Positions 1 to 7,989 of a stretch of 64,000 nucleotides of DNA are shown one piece after another. The DNA lies in IMG/VR virus record IMGVR_UViG_3300046714_000360, positions 1 to 64,000 of that record. One strand, 5' to 3'. This DNA is from a virus. Every line of letters begins with the position of its first letter. Within the stretch, counting starts at the first letter, position 1. Both the position numbers and the translations under genes were made by a program. The notes beneath the pieces were generated by a model. The model was given only the letters and a program-made list of their open reading frames with translations. It had not been told where the DNA came from and ran no database searches.

Positions 1-27
1 CTGAAGACCTAGGAGGTTAGCCAGGTA

Positions 28-201
28 ATGATCAGACCGCGTGCTCTTACACAGCGAGAAAATAGAATGGTCAACATGTATGTTGCTGGAAGTTTTAGTG
101 CAACGCAGTTGAAAGATTCTTTAGGGTATCTTGCACGGTTCAAGAAGTACAACAATGCCATTAGATTCCGTCGGTGGCAGAGGAGACATTTTCGTGGATA
201 A
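28..201 (+). CDS. small hypothetical protein, 57 aa (below ORF-track cutoff), weak HTH-like pattern
   Basis: Hand-read ATG28..TAA199-201 (MIRPRALTQRENRMVNMYVAGSFSATQLKDSLG..); AGGAGG at 11-16; stop overlaps GTG194 of next gene. Confidence 0.35.
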   Translation: MIRPRALTQRENRMVNMYVAGSFSATQLKDSLGYLARFKKYNNAIRFRRWQRRHFRG

Positions 202-1198
202 TTTTCCTATTATCGGTCAGCAGCATGAGACGTTTGAACACAACGTTGGCCAGGAGTTCAAGAAGCTTCCCGCCATCTATCAGATCGAGGCTAGCTCAGC
301 CTGCAATCTGAAATGTCCGATGTGCCTGCGCACAACAGATGTAACGCGGCCAGATCAGTTGCTCAATATGAAGTTGTTGCTGCTCATGAAAGAGCGTGGC
401 GACTTTCAAGGCTCAGCCTACATCGAGTTGCAGATGTCTGGTGAACCTACGCTACATCCACATCTAGGAGAAATCATTGCGTTTCTCAAAGATGATATCG
501 GTGTGCTGGTTGGTTTGTCCACTCACGGACTGAACATGAAGGCACCACGCGGGCGTAAAGGTGATGTAGCCCGTGATCTTATGATGTTGGATGCCTTGAC
601 TATCTCAGTCGATTCTCTCGACCCTGAGATCTATCACAAGATGCGCTATCCTGCTAAGGTAGAACGCCTGATAGAAAATCTTGACTACTTCTTTGAGCTC
701 GTTGCGTTGCGCGCCAGTCACGGGTATCCGACAACAGTTCCATTCATCGAGCTACAGCTTGTTGTCACCGATCTCGTGAAAGGCTCTGGTAATGTAGAAC
801 AGCTGCAAGATATGATGATATTGAAAGGCTGGGACAAATACGCCGAGATCAGAACCACAGGCGATTGCTTCTCAGAGATGCAAGGCCGTGTAGCCCCAGG
901 TACTCGCGAAAGGAATACCAGTCTGTGCATCAATCCATGGACAACAGTCTCTGTGGCGCAGAATGGTGATGTGACATCGTGTTGCTTCATCTTCGAGCCA
1001 AAGAAAGACGAGATCAACTATTACGGCAACCTGTATGAGCAGTCGCTTGCCGAGATCTGGTCTAGCGAGCGCGTCCAAGAAATGCGGGAGAGTCATATGA
1101 CACGCGCTACCAAAGATCAGTGTACGAAATGCTATCTCAAGTCACCGTATTTGATTCACCAGAACATAATTAGTAGGCTAGTTAGACTAGGGAGGTAG
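194..1198 (+). CDS. radical SAM enzyme with SPASM-type C-terminal Cys-rich domain
   Basis: CNLKCPMC (CX3CX2C), SGEPTLHP, STHG, SVDSLDPEIY; C-terminal CINPW..NGDVTSCCF..GNLYEQSLAEIW..CTKC. Start uncertain: TTG131 (track), ATG155 or GTG194 (AGGAGA 7 nt upstream). Confidence 0.85.
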   Translation: MDNFPIIGQQHETFEHNVGQEFKKLPAIYQIEASSACNLKCPMCLRTTDVTRPDQLLNMKLLLLMKERGDFQGSAYIELQMSGEPTLHPHLGEIIAFLKDDIGVLVGLSTHGLNMKAPRGRKGDVARDLMMLDALTISVDSLDPEIYHKMRYPAKVERLIENLDYFFELVALRASHGYPTTVPFIELQLVVTDLVKGSGNVEQLQDMMILKGWDKYAEIRTTGDCFSEMQGRVAPGTRERNTSLCINPWTTVSVAQNGDVTSCCFIFEPKKDEINYYGNLYEQSLAEIWSSERVQEMRESHMTRATKDQCTKCYLKSPYLIHQNIISRLVRLGR

Positions 1199-1199
1199 T

Positions 1200-2006
1200 A
1201 TGGCGCCGCCGTCAATTGCCAAGAAAGTAGCTATTGGCTTACTCAAAGGGATACTAGATCAAACCGAAGAAGATAAAGTATCCGTAGTGATTGCGTATCT
1301 TGAGACTTATGCGACCCATTGGCGTCTCCACCACTTCCCCGCACCCCAGGTGGCAGGGCCGAGCGCGCAGCCGAGTTGCCCAAAGTGCGGCGGGAAAATA
1401 GCGAGCGGTATCAATCTGCCCGGTAATTCTCTGGTAGCTAAATGCTGGGATTGCGAGTATTCCGTTATAAGTGCGTGGCTGCCTGACTTCGCCCAGTTCT
1501 TCCGTGGCACACCCGAAGTCAACATCACAGGAGAGCAGTTCCTGGCACGTCGCGGATTCGCGGACAGTCGCAACTATTCATCGACACAGCTAGGCCCCTT
1601 GCTTGAGGAGTATGCCCGTGGTGGCGTACCCGCAGAGACCCCGTCGAGCCCCTATGAGTCACGACTGAGGCGCATTACAAGCGACATGCTATTAGCTGCA
1701 AGCTGCGTATCGGAGGATTCAGCAGAGGAGATGGCGTTGGCCGTGCTGCGGAGTGAACTGAGCGGGCTGCTGGAGAAGTTACGGCAAGACGGTTGGATGG
1801 TCGCGGTTCACAACACCCCGGCCCAGCCCGCAGCAGAGGGGAGCGCGGACCAGCGGCGTTGTCAATCGCTTCATCCGTACAATAAGAAAATACAGTGCGA
1901 ATTGCCGGATGGGCATAAAACAGTTGACGGTTCACACTTGAGAGGTGAATTTATCTGGCACGAGTCAACCGGGGCCACACAACCAACTGAAGGAGAAACC
2001 AAATGA
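1200..2006 (+). CDS. hypothetical protein, 268 aa, zinc-ribbon-like CPKCGG..CWDCEY
   Basis: ORF track; GGGAGG SD; starts 1 nt after radical SAM stop. Confidence 0.6.
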   Translation: MAPPSIAKKVAIGLLKGILDQTEEDKVSVVIAYLETYATHWRLHHFPAPQVAGPSAQPSCPKCGGKIASGINLPGNSLVAKCWDCEYSVISAWLPDFAQFFRGTPEVNITGEQFLARRGFADSRNYSSTQLGPLLEEYARGGVPAETPSSPYESRLRRITSDMLLAASCVSEDSAEEMALAVLRSELSGLLEKLRQDGWMVAVHNTPAQPAAEGSADQRRCQSLHPYNKKIQCELPDGHKTVDGSHLRGEFIWHESTGATQPTEGETK

Positions 2007-2153
2007 AATTTTAGAGCAACTGAAAGCACAGAAGGAAGCATTGAGTGTGATGCCGAAGGAGTCCAGAATCCGCTGGCCTTTTGTGCTGCTAGAGAAGACG
2101 CTTGAAGCTTTAGAATTGAGTGCCAGGGCCAACTGAGAAAGGTGAGTGGAGAT

Positions 2154-2393
2154 ATGTTAAAACGAGATGAGTGTGCCGTCAGGACAAGTTATCTCAATAA
2201 GGCTGATGATGATGAGATGATGTTTGTTCTGCTCGCACGTGATAGAGCAGCACCAGATACTATTCGTGGTTGGTGCATCAAGCGTATATCTCTTGGTTTA
2301 AACACTATGAATGATGAACAGATCATTTGCGCACTCCAATGTGCTACAGATATGGAGATCCATCAGACACAGAAAAGGAAGAAGGTGAAATAA
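2154..2393 (+). CDS. hypothetical protein, 79 aa
   Basis: ORF track 2142-2393; ATG2154 preceded by GGAG; co-directional. Confidence 0.5.
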   Translation: MLKRDECAVRTSYLNKADDDEMMFVLLARDRAAPDTIRGWCIKRISLGLNTMNDEQIICALQCATDMEIHQTQKRKKVK

Positions 2394-2908
2394 TGTACAT
2401 CTGCATTTATGGTGCGCGGGAACGTGTAGAGGCGCGTGATATTGACCTAGTTAACAAGTTACTTACTACGTTGAATCAGATCTACGGTTCCGCACTTGTC
2501 ATAGTTACTGCAGCCACAGATAAGGGTGTTGGTTGCTTTGTCAAAGATCGTTGCCTACGTGACAAAGATAAGTTCAAGCTAGTTGATGTCTCTACAAGGA
2601 TATTTGGAGAGATGCCTGCTGCGAGAATGGCTCAAGTGTTTAAATGCAGGAATGCGACTATTGCTGAGCTTTGTATGAAGTTTTACATCTTCGATACAGC
2701 GACAGGTAAAGGGATCACTGAGGATTTGATCACGCGCGCACAGAATGCAGAGCTTCCAGTGTTCGTATTCAAACCTGGCGATATTGAGCCTATAAAGCTT
2801 CCGCCTAAGTTTAAGGCTCCAATCCCTGTGGAAGACGCTGCGACTGCGTCTAAACCCAACCAAAGCACAACAGAGCACTGGCTAGCAGCACAAAACAGAG
2901 ATGTCTAG
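2393..2908 (+). CDS. hypothetical protein, 171 aa; possible Rossmann-like SLOG/DUF2493-type fold (weak)
   Basis: ATG2393 overlaps the upstream TAA stop (TAATG); pattern ICIYGARE..VIVTAATDKGVG..CRNATI..GKGITEDLITRAQ..PVFVF recalled from the family, not searched. Confidence 0.5.
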   Translation: MYICIYGARERVEARDIDLVNKLLTTLNQIYGSALVIVTAATDKGVGCFVKDRCLRDKDKFKLVDVSTRIFGEMPAARMAQVFKCRNATIAELCMKFYIFDTATGKGITEDLITRAQNAELPVFVFKPGDIEPIKLPPKFKAPIPVEDAATASKPNQSTTEHWLAAQNRDV

Positions 2909-2969
2909 CTTGGCCGTGGAAAATGCAGGGCCAGGGATCGTTGCCAGAGCGGGAGCAGGAGAGTCATAA

Positions 2970-3188
2970 ATGGCAGATGATACACACTATACGGATTTAC
3001 ATTTAACTCAGCGTGGATCAAGCGTTGACATCATCGAGCGCTGTGCCGCCTTTATTCGCCAATGTGGAGACTTTGAGGGCATGTTGGATTACGCGGAAGA
3101 TGAGGATGAACCGGGGAAATATCAAAACTTTCTGCATGATCTTACGAAGAAGGCAATGGCGATAATTGCCAAAGAGTCTAAATTCTGA
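2970..3188 (+). CDS. hypothetical acidic protein, 72 aa
   Basis: ORF track; GGAGAG SD. Confidence 0.55.
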   Translation: MADDTHYTDLHLTQRGSSVDIIERCAAFIRQCGDFEGMLDYAEDEDEPGKYQNFLHDLTKKAMAIIAKESKF

Positions 3189-3212
3189 GCCGAAGCAGCA
3201 GGGGAGGGCGAT

Positions 3213-3452
3213 GTGAGCAAGTGGCGGCGATTTTACTTCGATAAGGCGGCGACCAATAAGCATGGCACTGAGAAAAAGGGGCAGCCGTGGAATGGAGAAA
3301 CGCGGCGAGGGCCAAAGCTAGTTCTGGTGACGCTCGAAGGCCATGACGCCAAGGGTAAATTCCGTACTCATGTTGGCTGGAGATTCATTTTCTATTTCCC
3401 CAGCGGTGCATGTTGGTATTTTGACATTTGCAAGAAAGCGTCGCGGCTGTGA
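3213..3452 (+). CDS. hypothetical protein, 79 aa (GTG start)
   Basis: ORF track; GGGGAGGG upstream; competes with overlapping frame 3343-3666. Confidence 0.3.
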   Translation: MSKWRRFYFDKAATNKHGTEKKGQPWNGETRRGPKLVLVTLEGHDAKGKFRTHVGWRFIFYFPSGACWYFDICKKASRL

Positions 3453-3477
3453 CCCAGCCCACGCAGAGGAGGAAGTA

Positions 3478-3666
3478 ATGGCTGAACAGGTAAGAGATCA
3501 TAAAAAATCAAAGTTGTGGGTAAAGCACGAAGAGAAGCAACCTGAATGGACGCCTGTTGCTATTTTAAATAATGACACACTTGAGGAAAATGCCAAGTGG
3601 TGGGAAGCAAAAGGTTATAAAGTCTTAATTAGTGAGGATGGAAAGTTGCCTGCTAATGCTATGTAG
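3478..3666 (+). CDS. hypothetical protein, 62 aa
   Basis: ATG3478 preceded by GAGGAGGAAG; internal start of track ORF 3343-3666. Confidence 0.5.
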   Translation: MAEQVRDHKKSKLWVKHEEKQPEWTPVAILNNDTLEENAKWWEAKGYKVLISEDGKLPANAM

Positions 3667-3688
3667 TTGATGTAGGAGCAAACCTTTT

Positions 3689-3889
3689 ATGCGTTACTTA
3701 GTACAGTCATCTAGATATGGTGGCGGTGAGTATGATGTATGGGATGTGCGCAAACAGAATTTTGAAGCTACTGGTCTCAGTCTTAGTGAAGCTGAAGAGT
3801 TAGCAGATAGAAAAAACGCCGCGAATAAAAAAGAGACAGAAGAGACCATCGCTCAGGTAAACATTCCTAAGAAGGATGAAAAGAAATGA
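3689..3889 (+). CDS. hypothetical protein, 66 aa
   Basis: ORF track; AGGAG upstream. Confidence 0.55.
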   Translation: MRYLVQSSRYGGGEYDVWDVRKQNFEATGLSLSEAEELADRKNAANKKETEETIAQVNIPKKDEKK

Positions 3890-4074
3890 AATACTTCAAA
3901 GCATTATTCCTTTGTGCAAACATGATGTTTCTCGGCTATGCAGCAGCCTATGTCGTGTGTAAGTCTCATGCTATGCAACTACATTGGTCAGCAGATATCG
4001 TCGTTGACTTAGTTCTTTGTGGTACATTCTTTGTAGGCGCTGTCTACGGCTTCGCCAGTAAGGAAATGAAATGA
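3886..4074 (+). CDS. small membrane protein, 62 aa
   Basis: ATGA overlap with upstream gene; two hydrophobic segments; ends KEMK. Confidence 0.6.
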   Translation: MKYFKALFLCANMMFLGYAAAYVVCKSHAMQLHWSADIVVDLVLCGTFFVGAVYGFASKEMK

Positions 4075-4289
4075 GATATCTAACTTTAGTGCTTTGTTTG
4101 TTGATGAGTAGTGTCTTAGTCTTTGGTGCAGTTCGCGGATGGCCGTTGAATCCAAATTTCTTTATTGGCTGGTTGTTTCCATCCATTATGTTGTATGCTA
4201 CCATTAGGATTTGGAAGGCAAAAGTGTTTGTGTCTCAGACAATGACGAAGCAGCAGAGCAATAGGCGCTCAGTAAAGGAAATGAAATGA
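4071..4289 (+). CDS. small membrane protein, 72 aa (apparent paralogue of 3886-4074)
   Basis: Junction AAGGAAATGAAATGA matches the next junction; hydrophobic segments; ends KEMK. Confidence 0.6.
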   Translation: MRYLTLVLCLLMSSVLVFGAVRGWPLNPNFFIGWLFPSIMLYATIRIWKAKVFVSQTMTKQQSNRRSVKEMK

Positions 4290-4558
4290 AGTACATCATG
4301 TTCAGTATCACCATTGGTAGTATTCAGTTCAAGGTGCCTATTATCTTCCCTAATAATCTGGTGCATAGTGAAATAGCGCAGGCAATGCTTCCAGTCTTCC
4401 AGCGGCATTTCGGTGAGTGCAGTCCTGTAGTCATATCAGCCGGTGACTATGATCCAATAGACAGTGTCTGCTATGGAAAATCTGAGACACTCAAAGTCAG
4501 TGCAAGTCCTGACGATGGCAAGATCATTTTGACCTATGCATACACGCATGGCGTGTGA
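4286..4558 (+). CDS. hypothetical protein, 90 aa
   Basis: ATGA overlap; ORF track. Confidence 0.6.
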   Translation: MKYIMFSITIGSIQFKVPIIFPNNLVHSEIAQAMLPVFQRHFGECSPVVISAGDYDPIDSVCYGKSETLKVSASPDDGKIILTYAYTHGV

Positions 4559-4564
4559 GGTGTT

Positions 4565-4894
4565 ATGAATTTGTACATCTTTGAGCCATCGAAAGATTGG
4601 GAGTATTGTGGTGGTGCTATCGTTGCTATCGCAGCAGACGTCGAAGCAGTAGTCCAGCTCATTGTCGCCAAGCAGGAACAAGGAGAGTATGATCATTTCT
4701 ATATCTCCGACTTTGTGAGTGAAGAATCACAAGCTCATGCAGCATGTAAGCAGCATTACATTCTCGATGAGCAAGATGTAGAATTCTTTGACAAGTACCC
4801 GCATGGTAGTTTTGTGTGGGTGTTGCATCACACGATCCCAGTTGCAGATACGGAGCAGCCGCGTGTGCTGACAGTGAATTTCAATGAGGCGTAA
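4565..4894 (+). CDS. hypothetical protein, 109 aa
   Basis: ORF track; GAGGTG SD. Confidence 0.6.
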   Translation: MNLYIFEPSKDWEYCGGAIVAIAADVEAVVQLIVAKQEQGEYDHFYISDFVSEESQAHAACKQHYILDEQDVEFFDKYPHGSFVWVLHHTIPVADTEQPRVLTVNFNEA

Positions 4895-4904
4895 GGAGGT
4901 TGCT

Positions 4905-5279
4905 ATGCCTGAGCCTAAACTCAGAATCTTCCGCTATAGTACAGGTCATACGTACATTTGCGAAGAAATACTCAAAGGTGACGAGTTGACCAATGCTGTT
5001 GGCGTTGTTGAAAAGCCAGGTAGGATGTGGACGGGCTTATCAGCCTCTCCAACATCTTTGTTGACTGGTTACACCATCAATAGAATCGACTTGACACCAG
5101 ATGGCATTGATATTTACGTTTCAAAGGTAGAGGTAGATGATCCTTGTCCCTCTAGCCGCCCACGAAAAGTCAAGAAGCATACTCCAGCAAACTGCCCTGA
5201 GCTGCATGTCAAGAATTGTCCAGGCTGTGGTCGCAGTTGTGCTTGCTACCCAAAGAAGACACATAAGAGAAAGAAATAG
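4905..5279 (+). CDS. hypothetical protein, 124 aa, basic Cys-rich C-terminus
   Basis: ATG4905 after AAGGAGG; CPELHVKNCPGCGRSCACYPKK tail. Confidence 0.6.
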   Translation: MPEPKLRIFRYSTGHTYICEEILKGDELTNAVGVVEKPGRMWTGLSASPTSLLTGYTINRIDLTPDGIDIYVSKVEVDDPCPSSRPRKVKKHTPANCPELHVKNCPGCGRSCACYPKKTHKRKK

Positions 5280-5280
5280 T

Positions 5281-5490
5281 ATGCATGCCCTCTTAGTTGT
5301 ATTGCTGTTCAACAGTGTTGGCTTTACTGTTGCTGTTGTTTTCCATCTTTACCGAGTCGCTTGCTTAGTGCTTGAGGAAGAAGATGTATTTCGACGTATC
5401 GAGTATCTGATGGTCTCTGCTGAGTTAGTCCTGTGTGGTTCAGGTGTGCATGTGATCACGCTTTGCTTAATGTACTTCTTGTTAAACTAA
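5281..5490 (+). CDS. small membrane protein, 69 aa
   Basis: ATG5281 begins 1 nt after upstream stop; hydrophobic MHALLVVLLFNSVGFTVAVVF.. Confidence 0.5.
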   Translation: MHALLVVLLFNSVGFTVAVVFHLYRVACLVLEEEDVFRRIEYLMVSAELVLCGSGVHVITLCLMYFLLN

Positions 5491-5500
5491 AGAGGAGATT

Positions 5501-5668
5501 ATGTCTAAATGTAAATGTGGTGCTTGCTATCAAGGATACAATGCATTCTTTCATTCACTTCTGTATCAAGTCGATCATGGAAGGTGCTTACCAGAAGAAG
5601 TTAGTGACGAGCACATCCCGTTTTTGATTGCCTATTTGGACTTCGATCCTCATCAGCAAATTAGGTAA
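5501..5668 (+). CDS. hypothetical Cys-rich protein, 55 aa (below track cutoff)
   Basis: Hand-read ATG5501..TAA5668 (MSKCKCGACYQGYN..); AGAGGAG SD. Confidence 0.45.
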   Translation: MSKCKCGACYQGYNAFFHSLLYQVDHGRCLPEEVSDEHIPFLIAYLDFDPHQQIR

Positions 5669-5749
5669 CTCTTGTAGGAAGCTCAGTTCATCATGCCATT
5701 ATAGATAGTGGAAGCATTACCTTTAACGTTTTCGGAAGCTAAAAAGGGC

Positions 5750-5778
5750 TTGACAAACGTAGCCTAGACCTTACTATT
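5750..5778 (+). promoter_or_regulatory. sigma70-like promoter candidate (TTGACA, then TACTAT/TATTAT box)
   Basis: TTGACA 5750-5755; CCTTACTATTAT resembles the CCTATACTATTC box of the conserved cassettes; -10 register ambiguous. Confidence 0.35.
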
Positions 5779-5790
5779 ATAGTCAGTAAC

Positions 5791-5830
5791 CGCTTACCAA
5801 AAGAGCTTGCTATTTGGTAGGCGTTTTTGT
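5791..5830 (+). terminator. intrinsic terminator
   Basis: 11-bp stem CGCTTACCAAA/TTTGGTAGGCG (one G-U), 11-nt loop, then TTTTTGTGTG. Confidence 0.7.
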
Positions 5831-5894
5831 GTGTTCTATGCACCGTGAGTTGGCACTGTAAGATGAAAGAAAAATCATCCAAGGAGTCAACGTC

Positions 5895-6056
5895 ATGCCA
5901 AAGCAAATTCCGAACGTACCTCACACCAGTCCATCACCAGTTGCTAACAGCGCCATCCAGAAGAGCTGGGGACAAGACCAGCCCAAGACCTCAGTTCAAG
6001 ATGCACTTGCAGGATCACCGACCAAGCATCCCGTTCCCTGCGGGAGCGTCAAGTAG
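5895..6056 (+). CDS. hypothetical protein, 53 aa (below track cutoff)
   Basis: Hand-read ATG5895..TAG6056; AAGGAG SD 8 nt upstream. Confidence 0.4.
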   Translation: MPKQIPNVPHTSPSPVANSAIQKSWGQDQPKTSVQDALAGSPTKHPVPCGSVK

Positions 6057-6058
6057 TC

Positions 6059-6355
6059 ATGCCCCGCAGAAAACTCTCAGACGTCGTTCAGATCTCTCCC
6101 AGAATGCTAGCCGGTAAGCGTAACGGTAAGAAGGGAGGCCTCGCCACAGCCTCTAAGTACGGACAAGACTTCCGCACTGAGAGATCTGAACGTGGTGGCA
6201 GAAGAGTAGTCGAGCTCTATGGCAAAGACTTCTATCGCTATATGAGAAGCCTAGTCAAGAACCCAGGGCCAAAGAAAAGGAAAGACAATGGACAACGATG
6301 CGATGTACCAGCAAGTAGCACAACGAATGGCACAGTCAATCCAGCAACAGCTTGA
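6059..6355 (+). CDS. hypothetical basic protein, 98 aa
   Basis: ORF track; GKKGG..ERGGRR..GKDFYRYM; 3' end overlaps next ORF by 68 nt. Confidence 0.5.
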   Translation: MPRRKLSDVVQISPRMLAGKRNGKKGGLATASKYGQDFRTERSERGGRRVVELYGKDFYRYMRSLVKNPGPKKRKDNGQRCDVPASSTTNGTVNPATA

Positions 6356-6470
6356 GAAGCAATTCACCGAGCTAGTTATGACTGGCACCACGACAATAGA
6401 CCCAGCTGATCTAGTGTTAAGCACAGACATCATCATTGACAAAGATGCAGCATCAAAACTTGTTAGGTAA
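6288..6470 (+). CDS. hypothetical protein, 60 aa
   Basis: ORF track; AAAGGAAAG upstream. Confidence 0.45.
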   Translation: MDNDAMYQQVAQRMAQSIQQQLEKQFTELVMTGTTTIDPADLVLSTDIIIDKDAASKLVR

Positions 6471-6482
6471 GAGAGGAAAGAA

Positions 6483-6635
6483 ATGGCCGATAATCATGGA
6501 GAAGGTAAGTTGACAGCCAAACAAGGTGGTATTGAGGTGGAGATATCTGTTGAAGAATGTGCCAAGATGACGGATGAGGAGCTGCGCGAATGGTTGCGTA
6601 AGGAATTGCATCTTGCCCCAGAAAATAAAGCGTAG
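6483..6635 (+). CDS. hypothetical protein, 50 aa (below track cutoff)
   Basis: Hand-read ATG6483..TAG6635; AGAGAGGAAAG upstream. Confidence 0.45.
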   Translation: MADNHGEGKLTAKQGGIEVEISVEECAKMTDEELREWLRKELHLAPENKA

Positions 6636-6644
6636 GAGGAAAGT

Positions 6645-6941
6645 ATGTTAGATGAAGAACAGAAGCTGCCAAAGGTAGAGGCAACGTGGCTAGATCCTGA
6701 GCCAGGTTTGCCAAAGAACGCCTATGCAGTTACGTGCCCAGTCTGCGAAATCACCTTGGTAGAAGGCTTGCCAGAAGAGCAGCTAGATAATCTCAATAAT
6801 ACAGCCTGTTCATGCTGCGGTGATCCAACGCATATGTTCTTGTTGATCACAACTGATTGCGCAGCAGGTTGCCCAGCACGCTTCGAGTTCATTCTCAGGC
6901 GTAAGAAGGACGCACAGCCTAAAGAACTGCCTGTGATGTAG
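6645..6941 (+). CDS. hypothetical zinc-ribbon protein, 98 aa
   Basis: AGGAGG SD; CPVCE..CSCCGD. Confidence 0.6.
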   Translation: MLDEEQKLPKVEATWLDPEPGLPKNAYAVTCPVCEITLVEGLPEEQLDNLNNTACSCCGDPTHMFLLITTDCAAGCPARFEFILRRKKDAQPKELPVM

Positions 6942-6952
6942 GAGGTACAATT

Positions 6953-7249
6953 ATGAATGGTGATCTCGAGATTGACTCGCACGGTGGTACAGTCAAATGG
7001 ACTTGGTTGTGGCTTGGTAAGACAGTGGCGAAGTACCTCCAGTTCTTGCTGCTAAGTAGTGCGCTACTATTTCACATGGTGTGGAACCACTTCTCGCAGA
7101 AGGCGCAAGACATACTAAATGACAAAAGGCACGCAGAAGATGTTCAGACCATGAAAACGCTGTTAGACAATCAAGTCAAGTTGGCGCAGGTCTTAGCTTG
7201 CATGAACAATAATGTGTGTTCAGTGAAGGTTGCAGGAGCTGATAAATGA
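6953..7249 (+). CDS. hypothetical membrane protein, 98 aa
   Basis: AGGAGG SD; hydrophobic YLQFLLLSSALLFHMVW. Confidence 0.55.
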   Translation: MNGDLEIDSHGGTVKWTWLWLGKTVAKYLQFLLLSSALLFHMVWNHFSQKAQDILNDKRHAEDVQTMKTLLDNQVKLAQVLACMNNNVCSVKVAGADK

Positions 7250-7731
7250 ACAGCCACACACAAGATGCAGCATTGGCGATCAAGCTGCCACCAGGCATTT
7301 CAGCACAGGAAGAAGCAGAGCTGACATTTTTCCTTGAGAACAGAACATCTATGGAGTTGCGCTATTACAGCAGCAATCTCAAGATGTTAGTCTTGCTCAC
7401 AGCTCTGTACAATATCCCGACGCTAGACATGATCCATGAGATCTGGATACCTAAAAAGTCAAGCGATGCCATTGACAGGTTTGGTTGGAAAGCAATGCGC
7501 AGTACGTGGAACATACCATTTCTCAGGCGTGGTGAATTGGAGGCAGCAGAACAGAAGATGTTCGGCGATATGATAGTCTCTGCAAAGTCAGCATTCACTG
7601 ATACAAGCAGACCTGCACAGTTGAAGTATCTAACCAGTCAGGTTATAGTTGCACAGAATAAGCAGCATTACGATGAGGATGATCTTTCGTTAGTAGCACA
7701 AGGTATGGTGCTGGCTCATCAGTTCAAGTAA
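7246..7731 (+). CDS. hypothetical protein, 161 aa
   Basis: ATGA overlap; ORF track. Confidence 0.65.
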   Translation: MNSHTQDAALAIKLPPGISAQEEAELTFFLENRTSMELRYYSSNLKMLVLLTALYNIPTLDMIHEIWIPKKSSDAIDRFGWKAMRSTWNIPFLRRGELEAAEQKMFGDMIVSAKSAFTDTSRPAQLKYLTSQVIVAQNKQHYDEDDLSLVAQGMVLAHQFK

Positions 7732-7752
7732 ATTCAAGGTGAGGAGGACGCG

Positions 7753-7989
7753 ATGATTCAAGAACATACGAAGCTTAGTGATATTGGCGACGAGATTGTG
7801 AAGAAGTCCGCTGAGCTAACCAATGCACGTGAGAAGGTGAGGAATGCCAGGCAAAATGTTATGACTACGAGGATGCATCTTCAGAAATGCGAGCATGATG
7901 AGACAGATGCAAGCAACGAGTACACGAAAATCCTCGACGAGCTCAAAGTGCTAACAGATCAGGAGGTATCAGCCAATGCTAAGACGTAA
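7753..7989 (+). CDS. hypothetical coiled-coil-like protein, 78 aa
   Basis: GAGGAGG SD; ORF track. Confidence 0.6.
   Translation: MIQEHTKLSDIGDEIVKKSAELTNAREKVRNARQNVMTTRMHLQKCEHDETDASNEYTKILDELKVLTDQEVSANAKT

Noticed and set aside
5433-5627. The 64-aa track ORF overlapping 5501-5668
   Set aside because: It has no SD. The out-of-frame 55-aa ORF at 5501 has AGAGGAG and fits the gene spacing.
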